This document shows positions 11,953 through 24,689 of a stretch of DNA of 64,000 bases, in pieces. The stretch spans positions 17,298,001 to 17,362,000 of the forward strand of contig OX597817.1 of the NCBI GenBank assembly GCA_951406725.2, in the 5' to 3' direction. A program made the translations under genes and the position numbers. The stretch's first letter is position 1. Each line of letters opens with the position of its first letter. The notes under the pieces were generated by a model. It saw nothing but the letters and a program-made list of their open reading frames with translations, was not told the DNA's origin and made no database searches. This DNA comes from Octopus vulgaris. Lineage: Eukaryota.

Positions 11953-12355
11953 AGTGGTCGTATACTGTCAACTCAATGTGACAGTCCCATAAGAGAATTA
12001 CATCACCGCTGTTTAGCCCTAGGAAACATCGACATCTATCAGCTTTGACACATTTTGACACATTTGCTCCACCACCGCTTATGTCTCTCTGAGACATTTA
12101 GAAATTCAATATTTCTAATTTCAGTGATCAGTAAATAAATTTTACTGAATATATGATATATTTGCAGAGAGGTTGCAGTCATCTCAGCAAGCGAGGCAAG
12201 CTACCCTGAACTGACGATGAGCAATACACTCAGAAACATATGTCTTCAGGTGCCTTTTCCCAGCTTGCGGGGGTGTTTGCCTCCCCTTTGCAAATATAAG
12301 GACACAGAAAATGTGTCAAAGCCGACAGGAGACATTGATGTTTCCTAGGGCTAAA
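11953..12355 (+). mobile_element. Small non-autonomous element with ~45-bp inverted repeats and a hammerhead ribozyme (PLE-related)
   Basis: Inverted repeat 12012-12056 / 12308-12355; shares the CCCTTTGCAAATAT...CACAGAAA.TGTGTCAA segment with 6131-6388; adjoins (TA)n. Confidence 0.65.
12205..12250 (+). ncRNA. Minimal type-I hammerhead ribozyme
   Basis: Stem I CCTGAA/TTCAGG (6 bp, perfect), CTGACGA, stem II TGAG-caataca-CTCA, GAAA, C-ATAT-G, cleavage triplet GTC (12242-12244). Confidence 0.85.
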
Positions 12356-12984
12356 TTCATCATCCTTTAATGTCCCTGCTTCATGCTGGAATTGGTTGGA
12401 CGGTTTGACAAGATCTGTTATATCCTTATGGATAAATGAATACACTGCAACAACATAATAACAATATAATCAAAACTAATGGCAGTAACCATACTCTTTA
12501 CTCTTTTATACTCTTTTACTTGTTTCAGTCATTTGACTGCGGCCATGCTGGAGCACCGCCTTTAAAAGAGCAAATCGACCCCGGGACTTATTCTTTGTAA
12601 GCCCCGTACTTATTCTATCGGTCTCTTTTGCCGAACCACTAAGTGACGAATATAACAATGATCTTTTAAGAACCAATAATCCAACACGCTAACTCGAACT
12701 GTAAACTTTGAACTTTCAACACACAAACTGTGGAACTAGCACAACGATTTTATTCAAACCACAAGGGTTAAACAAAGAGGGGACAATACACGAGACAAAT
12801 AGGGGTCGGGAGCTTATCAAATGAGATTACTCATATGAATAAATACATCTTCAGATGAAGATGAAAGAATGAATGGAAATGGAATGGGTTTGACCCCCAC
12901 CAACTACATTCCTGCATTGAACTGTTTACTTTGTTTGGTTTTTTTTTTTTTTGGTTTTTTTACTCTGCTTAATTAGGCACTTGC

Positions 12985-14595
12985 ATACACAACATTCGGG
13001 CTACTTTCTTCCATCTTTTTTCAACCTTCGATGAAGGTTGGCAAGCTGACTTTCATCGAAACCCAGAGTCTCCCCCAGGCAGTCATCACACTTGCCTTCT
13101 ACTAGCCTGCTTCTCTCCTGAATGAGTGTTTGTTGACACTCTGCTTGCCAAGCTTCCAGCCTTGGTCTATGCCTGATCCAGCATTCCAGTTCTCCAAAAG
13201 AGGTAAACCTGGGAAAATATTTCATCAACAAATGATACCACACCCACTCACTGTCCAGGTAGAACCAGATTTGCCTCAACTTCAGCACATGCCTATGCAT
13301 CTTTAGCCATGGCATCCCTAACCCACCCTTTAGTGGCTGTTGGCAGCAGATAGAGTGCCTTACAAGGGGCCGCCTTCCTTTCCACAAGAAGTGAATGAGC
13401 ATGTGTTCCAACTTGTTAGGCCATAAATTGGGGCATGGTAAGATGGTAGGTAATGACAGATGCAATAAATGCATTTGCCACCTCTGCCCTCCCTTTCAGA
13501 GATAGCTTCTGCCTAGCTTCTGCCAGTTATAGACACCACCCTGCCTGTAACCTCACTCCAATTCTTCTCTCTCTGGAGGTCTGGACCAAATCAGACTCCA
13601 AGCATTTTCACTGGATTGTCTGTCCAGTGTCTGACGATGCTGTTGGACAGCGTCAACTTGCCTCTCCAGGAGCCGAGCTGCAAGCCAACCAACTTATCCC
13701 GGTTAATTCTTGTTCCTGCCACTGCTTTGTAATTCTTTAGGGCCTCACCTACACTCTGTAGGTCCTGGTCCCTGGATATGATAGTGACATTGTCTGCATA
13801 TGCTGTGACTGACTTCCCATACCCTAGATCTTGTGGGTCTCCATTTGTTGCCACCAATCTTTGCAGTAGTGGCTCGAGAGCCAATACATGCAGCAAGGAC
13901 GAGAGTGGACAACCTTGACGAACTGAGCGTTCAATATTGAATGGCTCCAAAAAGAACTGTTCACCTGAACTACTGACTCGATGTTGCTACATAAAGCATT
14001 GATCCAGCCACGGAATGTCGGACCAAAACCAGCTGCTTCGAGGACCACCACCAAATACAGATGGCCTGCTCTATCAAAGGCTTTGGATTGGTCTAAATGG
14101 ACCAACTCCCCACCCTTGCCAGGAATCCTGTTTACCCCTTCTAAGGTATAGCGTATAAGGTGGAGAATATTGTGTATGGCCCTATCGGGGATGGCGCAGG
14201 TTTGTATCTCCCCAATGATACCATCCACAACTTTTGGCAACCTTTTCGCTAAAACCTTGGCCAGAATCTTCAACTCTGTGTTAAGTAGAGTGATAGGCCT
14301 AAAGTTGTCAATTATGTTCCACTTGTTTGGGTCCATTCTGATCAGTACCACCACTCCCTGGCTCACAGATGCAAGAATACTCTCATTCTCCTGCCAGTTA
14401 TTGAAGACACAGGCCAGCAGGTGCCCAAACAAGTCTGGTATAGTATAATACAATTCATAGGGGAGACCATTGCAACCTGTCCCCACTACACTCCAACAAT
14501 GCCTCCTCCACTTCTACAGCTGTGATCGGCTCTTCACAGCACCTAACCTCCCTCCCCAAGAGGCACAATAGACCGGTGAGGAAATCCGTGAAGGC
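12985..14595 (-). mobile_element. Degenerate L1/Tx1-clade LINE ORF2 (RT region)
   Basis: Motifs GLPYELY, NFRPITLLNTELKILAKVLAKRL, LDQSKAFDR, SVRQGCPLS, AYADN and KGGLGMP across frameshifted ORFs 13001-14486. Confidence 0.9.
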
Positions 14596-15870
14596 TTCCT
14601 TTTCACTTTGACCATATCTCTTCTCTACTGTTATTAGCAAGCATGAAACATGAACCACTGGTCTTGTACTTCCATCTTCTTGTTTATGAAGTAGAACTGC
14701 ACCTAATTTGTGCTCGGAAGCATCAGACACTACAAGTGTTCTGGCATTTAACTGACCAATTCTACTTTACTTTACTTTTTTAATAAGTCATGGAGTTCTT
14801 AACTTGTGCATATTAGGAATGTAGTTTTGGTAGTAGTTTGCCAGCCAAATAAGTGCTTGTAAAGTTGGAATATTTGTCGGTGAAGGCATAATCCTTATTG
14901 TATCTGCCCTTGATGTGTCAGGACATCTACCACCTCTATCAATTATTTGCCTTAAGTACTTAATTTGGGGTAGAAAGAATTCACATTTTTCTTCTCCCAA
15001 AGTGAACCCAAAAACTTTAATTTTCTTGAACACAGCTTTTATGTGTTCCACATGCTGTTCACAAGAATTACTCTTGATCGAAATAGCGCCAAAGAACAGG
15101 ATTGCAAATTCACAATCAGATAAGATATTATCAATGATTTGCTGGGATATTGCTGGTGCAACTCTTAATCCAAAAGGTAATCGTGTGTATCTGTGCAATC
15201 CTCTGTGTGTATTTATTGCCAAATACTTTGAGAATCTTTCATTTACTTTTATCTGTAAATAGGCTTCATACAGATCTAATTTGGAAAAACTTTTCCCACC
15301 ATTTAACTTTGAAAAAAATGTCCTCTGCAGTTGAGAGTGGATGGTAGTATGTTTTCAAGCAGTCATTCAATCCTGTAGAGAAATCAGCACACAACCTAAT
15401 CAAAAGATTGTTTTTTTAACATATACAATGGGTGCCACCCACTTTGAATAATTCACCTTTTCTATGAGTCCACTCTTTTCAAGTCAGTCGAACTTTTCAT
15501 TTACGATTTCAATTGCCGTGAAAAGTACTTTTCTGTTTGCTTTAAATAAAGTTACAGTAATGCTCATGTTCGGCAGGAGCTACCTTGCAAAGTAAAAACC
15601 TTTCTTTCTACTCCTCCAACCATGACTTGCACTCGTTAAAAATTTCCTCGTATCTTCTATAATACACAAGAAACATAATACCCGCCTCCAGATTACACAT
15701 AAATTCAGAAATTGTATTAGCCACGCCATTTGGCATAAATGAGTTTGCTGGATTTCCAGACTTCGCCGACTGTAACTCAATTATTGTTGTATTTGTTTTT
15801 GCAACTCCTGTAGTTGTTCCTGTTACTTCTCTTGAAGCTGTACTATTGCAGTGGCAAATGTTCACAATAT
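14590..15870 (-). mobile_element. Degenerate Ty3/Gypsy LTR-retrotransposon gag/pol fragment (RT and RNase H)
   Basis: INTHRGLHRYTRLPFGLRVAPAISQQIID, KCEFFLPQIKYL (RT); SDASEHKLGAVL...EKRYGQSEKEA (RNase H). Confidence 0.88.
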
Positions 15871-16027
15871 TTTATTTCTATCCCTAAAGGGTTTATTTCA
15901 TCACCAAAGTTGGCTTTTAATTTTTTTATATTTTTTTCTATCAATTAGAATACATTCCATACCAGGGACTTTAATGTTTTCTTCCTCTCAGATTCTAATA
16001 ACTGTCTTCATCTTCTCTATTTTCTCT

Positions 16028-16390
16028 TCATCATCATCATCATCATTTAGCGTCCGCTTTCCATGCTAGCATGGGTTGGACGGTTCAACTGGGGTCTGTG
16101 AAGTCAGAAGGCTGCATCAGGCCCCAGTCTGATCTGGCAATGTTTCTACGGCTGGATGCCCTTCCTAACGCCAACCACTCCGTGAGTGTAGTGGGTGCTT
16201 TTTACGTGCCACCCGCACAGGTGCCAGACGGAGCTGGCAAACGGCCACGGATGGATGGTGCTTTTTACGTGCCACCGGCACGGGGGCCAGGCGAGGCTGG
16301 CAATGGCCACGAACGGATGGTGCTTTTTACATGCCACCAGCACGGAGGCCAGTCGGAGCGGCGCTGGCAACGGCCATGATCAGATGGTTC
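16028..16390 (-). mobile_element. RTE-LINE 3' end with VNTR
   Basis: (CAT)n tail on the plus strand, shared core, ~60-bp units. Confidence 0.85.
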
Positions 16391-16699
16391 GCTTACTTGT
16401 CAATAGCTGCATTTTTCTAGTAATGTGTTACATATGCTGTTTTTAACTTTTGTGATTCTTCTGTGCTTGTTTGTGTGTAATCGATTAGTGAATCTGTACT
16501 GACAGAATTTTTTCGTGTACGTGACATGTCTGTGGGTACCTGTGGATATTCTGTTGTTGGGGTTACTGAACTGCATGTACATGTGGGTGTATGTTTGGTT
16601 GGGGATTCTGGACTGTTTGGTGCATTCATGTGTGTTAGTTGTGGTGTAGGCATTTGTGTGTCACTCTATTCTCTTCTTTTTTTTAGAGTTCTTAGGGGA

Positions 16700-17440
16700 C
16701 GGGGAATTCTTGATTTCTTTTCTCTTCCTATTTTGTGTTTGCACTTCGTCTGTGTCTACCTCCTCTGTATCTTCCTTCGGCTTCTCGCTGCTACTGGTTT
16801 CTTCCTGTCTCACCTCTGTTGGTGTTTGCTTATAGAGAAGCGGGCAGTTTGCCTTAATGTGACCCTTCTCCCCGCAGTGATAGCATGTGGGGGGGGGGGG
16901 GTTTCTCCACTACCTCACATCCTCTGGGAGCTCGACTGGGAGCTGTTATTTCTTGGAGATCATTTATGGTAGCCTGAATAATGACCTTGTAGTGCTGGCG
17001 GGACTTCCTTCATGTCCATCAGAATGGCTGCCAGCAGCCACATCTCGTTGATTTCTGGAGGCACCCTGCCAATTCTTACTCTTGCTACTCGCTTCCCAAG
17101 GTAAGTTGGCAGTAGTGCTCATTTCTTCGATTTTAAGGCTACAGTGGAGTGTCTTGCTGCTTCCTCCACTGTCGAGAAGCACACCTTCACTGTACCAAGC
17201 TTACTGCCTCTACAGTAGAATTCAATAATACTACTTATCTTTTTTAGGCATTCTTCTAACTCTTCCTCTTTTTCCATTTCAATTTTTTCGGTTACTAGAG
17301 AAAGGGTTCTGTATATTACTTTCTTTCTTTCTTTTTTCCATGTCACCTCCTCTGGTGGTACTAATTTCAATTTGGATTCTTCTCTATTTAACAACTTTCT
17401 GCTGCTCTTCACTGTCTCCAAGTCTACAGTCACTTCTCTG
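16700..17440 (-). mobile_element. Possible degenerate LINE ORF1/gag-like fossil
   Basis: K/E-rich ORF 17119-17484 with a GTVKVCFSTVEEA RRM-like segment; no firm family motif. Confidence 0.3.
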
Positions 17441-17687
17441 ACTTTGGAATGGTTTCTACAGCTGGATGCCCTTTCTAATGCCAACCACTCTACAGAGCCA
17501 ACTGGATGCTTTTTATCATATCACTGGCAAAAATAAGGTATGCAGCTTGCAACTCTACAAAACCCAAGATGGGAGGAGCAACTTTATGCTAGATGGCATG
17601 TGAGAAGTGAGTGAACCAGCAGGTTTTTGTTATAGTGGAGCCATGTGGCTACTCACAAAACTATCTTGAAAATTATATTCTCCAGAA

Positions 17688-17914
17688 GGCAGCGAGCTGG
17701 CAGAAACTTTAGCGCACTGGGTGAAATGCTTAGCAGTATTTCATCTGTTACGTTCTGAGTTCAATTTCTGCCGAGGTCGACTTTGCCTTTCATCCTCTCG
17801 GGGATCGATAAATAAAGTACCAGTTTCGCACTGGGTCGATGTAATCGACTTAATCCCTTTGTCTGTCCTTGTTTGTCCCCTCTATGTTTAGCTCTTTGTG
17901 GGTAGTAAAGAAAT
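17688..17914 (+). mobile_element. SINE family B copy
   Basis: Head GGC(G/A)GCGAGCTGGCAGAA, B-box-like GAGTTCAA, central CCTTTCATCC..GGG.TCGATAAAT.AAGTACCAG; TSD TATATTCTCCAG. Confidence 0.88.
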
Positions 17915-18030
17915 ATATATTCTCCAGCTCTTTCTTTTAGTATTATTCATATGCGACCGTACGACAGGTGTTCCAGAAACACCTCCTTCTTATGTTTTTT
18001 ACAGAGTGGTTGTCCATAATGTTTTATAGT

Positions 18031-18406
18031 AGGAAGCCCTCCGTCGGTTACGACGATGAGGGTTCCGGTTGATCCGAATCAACGGAACAGCCTGCTCGTG
18101 AAATTAACGTGTAAGTGTCTGAGCACTCCACAGACACATGTACCCTTAACATAGTTCTCGGGGATATTCAGCATGACACAGAGAGTGACAAGACCGGCCC
18201 TTTGAAATACAGGTACAAAAGAAACAGGAAGTAAGAGTGAGAGAAAGTTGTGGTGAAAGAGTACAGCAGGGATCACCACCATCCCCTGCCGGAGCCTCGT
18301 GGAGCTTTTAGGCGTTTTCGCTCAATAAACACTCACAACGCCCGGTCTGGGAATCGAAACCACGATCTTATGACCGTGAGTTCGCTGCCCTAACCACTGG
18401 GCCATT
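18031..18406 (-). mobile_element. tRNA-derived SINE family D copy
   Basis: tRNA-like head TGGCCCAGTGGTTAGGGCAGC...GGTTTCGATTCCC; near-identical to 40031-40415; TSD TGTTTTATA. Confidence 0.88.
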
Positions 18407-18740
18407 GTTTTATACTATCCCAATCACCATAAATTTCATTTAGATATTTGCATGAATTGGTGCTTCTTATGATAAAATTTTATGAAAACTGTCAGAGAAA
18501 GTGAGAACTTAGATAATAAAATTATATTAGTCCTCACTGCATCATCAGTTATGTTTCTGCTCAATGATAATACACTGTCCTATTCATATTTTATTCCCAA
18601 CAAAGATTTGTTTTTGAAAATGTATTGTACCTGTATTTGCACCTGAAGGCTATAAATAGGTGCAATGTAGTAAGTACTATAGTTGTTTCAAACTGGCTAT
18701 GAACTTCAATTTTCAAGAAATGAAGTTTATAGAAACAAGA

Positions 18741-19020
18741 TCATCATCATCATCATCATCATCATCATCGTTTAACGTCCGCTTTCCACGCTAGCACGGG
18801 TTGGACGGTTTGACCGGGTCTGGGAAGCCAGGGGCCGCTCCAGGCTCCAGTCTGAATCTGGCAGAGTTTCTACGGCTGGATGCCCTTCCTAACGCCAACC
18901 ACTCCGTGAGTGGATTGGGTGCTTTTTACGTGCCACCTGCACAGGGGCCGGAGGGTCCGGCATCGTCACGATCGATTCGAGCATTTTAACGTGTCAGCAG
19001 CACGGGGGCAACGAAGTCCG
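18741..19020 (-). mobile_element. RTE-LINE 3' end
   Basis: (CAT)n tail and shared core. Confidence 0.85.
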
Positions 19021-19339
19021 GGGTACTTTGGGGATCGGGGTACTTTGGGGATCCGGGGTACTTAAGGGTTAGGGTTAGGGTAAGGAGGAACGATGGCAGG
19101 AAGGGTTGGTGTAGGTTCCTAAGAAATAAAAACGTAGGATATACGAGGCGGGAGGGTACTAAAAGGGGATGGTCGGATTGAGGCAGTGTCAGGAGGAAGC
19201 GTAAGATCGGTGGGCAGTTGATGAGCTATGGCGCTAGCAGCTTGTCTTTTCACAGTGAAAGCATATGAGGAGAAGGGATAGTGGGGGAGGAGGAGGGAGT
19301 AGGGCGTACCCGGTGTAGATGAGTAGGGCGTATCCGGTG

Positions 19340-19490
19340 TAGATGGTGAGAACAGGGTATACTGGTATTGGTGGTGGGGGTGAGAACAGTGTTCACCGGT
19401 ATTGGTGGTGGCGGTGAGAACAGTGTTCACCGGTATTGGTGGTGGGGGTGAGAACAGTGTTCATCGGTATTGGTGGTGGGGGTGGGGGGG
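19340..19490. repeat. 34-bp G-rich minisatellite (about 4 units)
   Basis: Repeating GGTATTGGTGGTGG(G/C)GGTGAGAACAGTGTTCACC. Confidence 0.85.
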
Positions 19491-21550
19491 CGGGCGCACC
19501 GCCAATGGCGGAAAGAAGGGAAAAGATGGGATTACGGCTTGAGGTAGCCTAAGGTTAAATTTTGTAGAGAGAGAGATAGGAAAGATAAATCAAGTTATGG
19601 CGAAGGCTTGAAAGTAGCCTAAAAGGTTAAATTTTCGTAAATTTTCGATGGGTAAGACGAATCAAGTTATCAATGTATGAATAAACGTAGTAACAACGAA
19701 TAAAAATAGTAAGATAAATTTTTAAGAACTTGCTGCGGGCATCGACCGGGATAAATTCAATAGATATAATACCACAACTGACCTAATTATCAGGTTAGCA
19801 TGTAAAGAATGTCATTTTCATATCAAGATATAAAAGATAGTAAAAGACCAGGGGTGGGGGAAAAAAACTAATATTACCTAATCTAGAAATATTTTCTCTA
19901 CTTATGACAGTTCATTAATGACTCAAAAACTGCATGATACTTTTTTTTTTTTCTTTTCTATTTACAGATTCATATGAAGTCACTTTTGAAAAATCATCTG
20001 TTTGAAGTAACTACTTCCCATTAAGATAATTTTGCTGATGCTTATATGAATAATACGAAAGAGCAAGGTCTGGAGAATGTAATTTTCAAAACAATATTTG
20101 CAGAAGTTATCTTAAAATTATGACAATGCACAGACTGACAGAATTATTAGATTTTCAAACAAAATGTTTAACACTATTTAGTTATAACTCTTTATTTTCA
20201 GGGGTTCAAAACCTACTCTAATCCATTTAGGATTTGGCAAAATAAACTATTAATTATAGTTGACCAACATTGATTATAACCTTACCAAAAAAAATTTGAA
20301 GCCTTGTGCTTATGTCAGAAATCAATATCATAGTGATGCATAATTCACAGCAGAAAGCAATTACTCTCCAGTTTACGAAGCAAAATTAATTTTCATTTAA
20401 TAATTGGATCAGTCATTAGCTATGGTACAGCTGAGTCATTATAAAGGTCAGAATTTTTATCCTGTTAGCAGTAGTCTCATGCCTCCTGTATACTTTAAGC
20501 TTTTAACCTACAAATTCCCTTTTCCTTAATTTTCAATTAACATTTCAAAGAGAAGTTGCTGTAATAACTATCATTATTCCATGGCATTGTTGTACATGAT
20601 CATGAAGATATAATTTTCTTTTGCTCTTGACTTCTGTGAGTTCAAAAGCTGATTGTGACACAATTCAGAGTTTGTAAGTGAGGGTGCCTCTTCAACTTGA
20701 ATTAAGTGTTTCTAATACAACCAACTAGCCAACTGCCAGGATGTCAACTGTCAGGCTACTTCATGTGGTTTTGTCAGATTAGCTTCTTACCATTGATTTA
20801 ATTACCCAGAATATCATGTTAGATCTACAACTGACATCTAGCATCCACTTTATGAATTTTCACACACACACAAACATAGGAAAGAATAATTACAATAAAT
20901 ATAGAATATATATATATATATACACAAGAATATGTGTAAAGATCCGCCAAAAAATACAGACACAGAAACACAATTTATCTTTAATGAATTTCTTTTGACA
21001 GAAAAGCAAAAAGAACACAGCAGAACATCAAAGAGAAGAAAGGGAAGTTAAGAAAAAACTGGGAGTGATGATGGAAAGTACAACAAAGAAAGAATATGAT
21101 ACTAAGAAAGAGACAGTAAAGCTCTGGTCTGTATCTAAACTGACCATCCTTTAACAAAGCTGGGTTTTATACAACACCAATTACTTACATGTCAGATATC
21201 ACATTGAAGTACATGTCAAATGTAATACTTATTTATTCACATGGTTTTGAATTAATCATGCATTATCTCAGAGCTTTGAGGTTTCAATGATGCGACTGTT
21301 TATTTTTAGGGTCGGTGCGATAGGCCACATCTGTCTTGATCCAAACATAAAACAGACAGAATGTTTTGGCTAGATATAGCCAGTTTAAATACTGAAGTGT
21401 TAAAACAAGGTTGACTCAAAGCCCACTCATATCTACCCTCAAAGCTCTGTCATCTACACAACATGCTTATCATTTGCCACTCTAACCATTTACCCACCTA
21501 TTCATCCACATCTCGTCCATCAAATCTAATTTGTCTTACTCTTTACATTC

Positions 21551-21587
<37 letters not shown>

Positions 21588-21935
21588 GAAGGCGCATGGC
21601 TCAGTGGATAGAGCGTCGAGCTTACGATCGTGAGGTTGTGAGCTCGAATCTCGGACGGGGCTGCGTGTTGTGTTCTTGAGCAAGGCACTTTATTTCACGT
21701 TGCTCCAGTTCACTCAGCTGTAGAAATGAGTTGCGACGTCACAGGTGCCAAGCTGTATCGGCCCTTGCCTTTCCCTTGGACAACATCGGTGACGTGGATA
21801 GGGGAGGCCGGTATGCATGGGCGACTGCTGGTCTTCCATAAAAAACAACCTTGCCCAGACTTGTGCCTCAGAGGGTATCTCTCTAGGTGCAAACCCATGG
21901 TCAGTGCCTGACCGAAGGGGGTCTTTACCCCTTTA
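21588..21935 (+). mobile_element. tRNA-derived SINE family F copy
   Basis: Head GGCGCATGGCTCAGTGGATAGAGCG, central TTGTGTTCTTGAGCAAGGCACTTT; a partial inverse copy lies at 63450-63687. Confidence 0.85.
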
Positions 21936-22685
21936 TATGTGTGTGTGTACACACAAACACATATACATACAGTGTGGTCCATAAAATGCTATACCATTAT
22001 ACATGTATGTGTGTGTGTATGCATGCACATAATGGTAAAAACATACACGAGCCACCGTGTATATAACAACCCTTATCTTGGAATGTTGTATTACTTGGGC
22101 AATAAATGGGAATCTGATTATCTGAGTAAAACACCTAAGATAGATTAGCACACTCCCATGAGGAAGTTTTGTTTCATCTACTTAATGCTAAGGAGCCAGC
22201 ACTCACCAGGATTCATTTAAAGGGGCTCCGAGGGCTCTGGGGCATATGAAGATTTGGAAAGTGGTTACGGCCAGTTCTTGTCCTTAGACCAAACAGTGAA
22301 AAATTGTCCCAAATTATCAGTAGCAGTAATTTGCAATCAATACAATAGATTGTTCCTTTTTTGAAACATCCCATACCTATACACACAGGCCAAAATCTTC
22401 ATATAACAAGGTATTTCTCAACCTGAGAACACTGAACACTGAGTGGGGAAGTAAACATTAGTTGAAGCAACATCATTGTTTTAACATCGACTTTTCCGTG
22501 CATGCACTGGTTGGACTGAGTTTATATGGGTAACTTTTCTATGGCCAGATACCCTTCCTGCTGCCCATCCTTATTTGTTTCCAAACAAGGTATTGTTTCC
22601 TCATAGCCAGATATATTTTCGCAGATCATTGGAAATGAATGACACTGCTTGTATGACAATGACACTCATTTACAATTATAATTTA

Positions 22686-22906
22686 GTGGCACGTAAAAAG
22701 CACCATCCAACCGTGGCCGTTTGCCAGCCTCGTCAGGCACCTGTGCCGGTGGCACGTAAAAAGCACCCACTACACTCATGGCGTTAGGAAGGGCATCCAG
22801 CCGTAGAAACATTGCCAGATCAGACTGGGCCTGGTGCAGCCTTCTGGCCTCCCAGACCCCAGTTGCACCGTCCAGCCCATGCCAGCATGGAAAGCGGACA
22901 CTAAAC

Positions 22907-22942
<36 letters not shown>
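22686..22942 (+). mobile_element. RTE-LINE 3' end
   Basis: Shared core and (GAT)n tail. Confidence 0.82.
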
Positions 22943-24689
22943 CAAGACAAGGAAACACAAACACACAAGCATTCACATATGATGGGCTTCTTTCAGTTTC
23001 CATCTACCATATTTACTCACAAGGCTTTGGTCAGCCTGGGGCTATATAATATAAGACACTTGCCCAAGGAGCCATGTAGTGAGATTGGACCTCCGAAACT
23101 ATGTAACTGTGAAGAAACCTTCTTAACCACACAGCCACACATGTGCCTGTACTCTGAAATTGATTTAGAAGTGAATTTATTAACTATCATAATTTATAAA
23201 GAAGTGTGAACTTTGATAAAAGCATGCTACTTTCACTCGGGTGACTATGGAAGAATTACTTTTGATGTTATGCTGCGACCTGCTTTTGTTTGCTATCAGG
23301 AATATTTGGGGGGGGGGTGAGAATTTAGTATTATCTTTTTGCATTGTTGTGATTGAATTGTATTTTTATATTGTTGAACTATATTTGTATTGTTTGAATT
23401 TTGTTTGTGCGTTTTGTTGTTAGGTTGGGGAGGCATGGTTGTATCAGATTGTTTAGAATTTTTGCATTGCTCTTGCTATTGTTGCCATTTTAAATAATAC
23501 AAAAGTGAAGAACAAACACCCTAAACAATCTGATACAATTACACCCTCCCATCTAAAACAACAACAACTACAACAAAACAAAAAACAGTTCTTAATTGCA
23601 TAGCAAAATATCCACAATGACAAACAAGCTAGCTGTAGCACAGGCTCACACTTAAAAAATTTTTTTTTTCTCCTTTTTTTAAAATCTTCTACTGCCACCA
23701 AAGAATGTGATGCTAACTACAGTTTGATAAAGTGAAAGTGGCACGCTAATATCAAAGACTACCATAATGAGCTTTCTTGTTGATAAAATTTTCAGAGGCA
23801 GGACTAATTAAATATTATTAAAGACTAAAATTTTATTGACCAGCAACTTCAGTTTATACTGGTTTTAATCTCACAGAAAATTAATGCCATCATAAAGCAA
23901 ATTAGTAGGTAATAAACTATTTAAATCAATAACAGGATAAAAGTAAATCTTTTTCAAGAAGATTAACATGATTGACCAATGACTATTTATTATATAATTA
24001 ATACAAACTTTATTGTCAAGTTAATACTAAAATCGGTAGACCTTAAGAATCAACACGTAAAAAGTGACTGTTAAATTGGTTGAATACTTCAGCTCATTAA
24101 TGCCTTTATTATCAAATGCTTTCATTCTTTATTGTTGGCCAATAAAATGCATAAACACCTTAATTTGTTTAATCATGCCTTCAAATTTGATGACGGTAAT
24201 GAATAATATCAATGATGATAATGTGATTGAATTTCCATTTAAAAAGAATAAGTGGCAATCAAGTAGAAATGATATGGTCCCACCCCATATACATCAATGC
24301 CTGTAGAGGCTTTGGTTTGGTTTTTCAAACAGTTACACTATTACAGACAGAATTTAGATATTTTTCTAAATCAGATCAGTGGAAGACATCCTGTATGGTA
24401 AAATGTCAGCAAATATTGAAGCACAAAAGTACTGCAAAATGAAAGTATTCTGATTGTTCATTTCCAAATATTTTTATCAATTTCTAAGCAATCAAAAACA
24501 AACTTTTACTTTCTATATATTGATTCTTAAAGACTGCTTCACGATTTTAATTATATCATGTAATCAATTATATCTAATTCAGTATAAAGGAAACATTCTC
24601 AACTTTATTTCCTACAGAATTCACATAAAGCTAGGAAGCTTTTGTTTTTTGTTTTTCACACCAGTCCATCATTAAGTTTTATTTTTCTT

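Noticed and set aside
19066-19084. Telomeric (TTAGGG)n
   Set aside because: Only about 2.5 units; not a telomere array.
21588-21665. tRNA genes at SINE heads (also 40340-40415 and 56879-56950)
   Set aside because: They run into SINE bodies and lack complete cloverleaf pairing; they are tRNA-derived heads.
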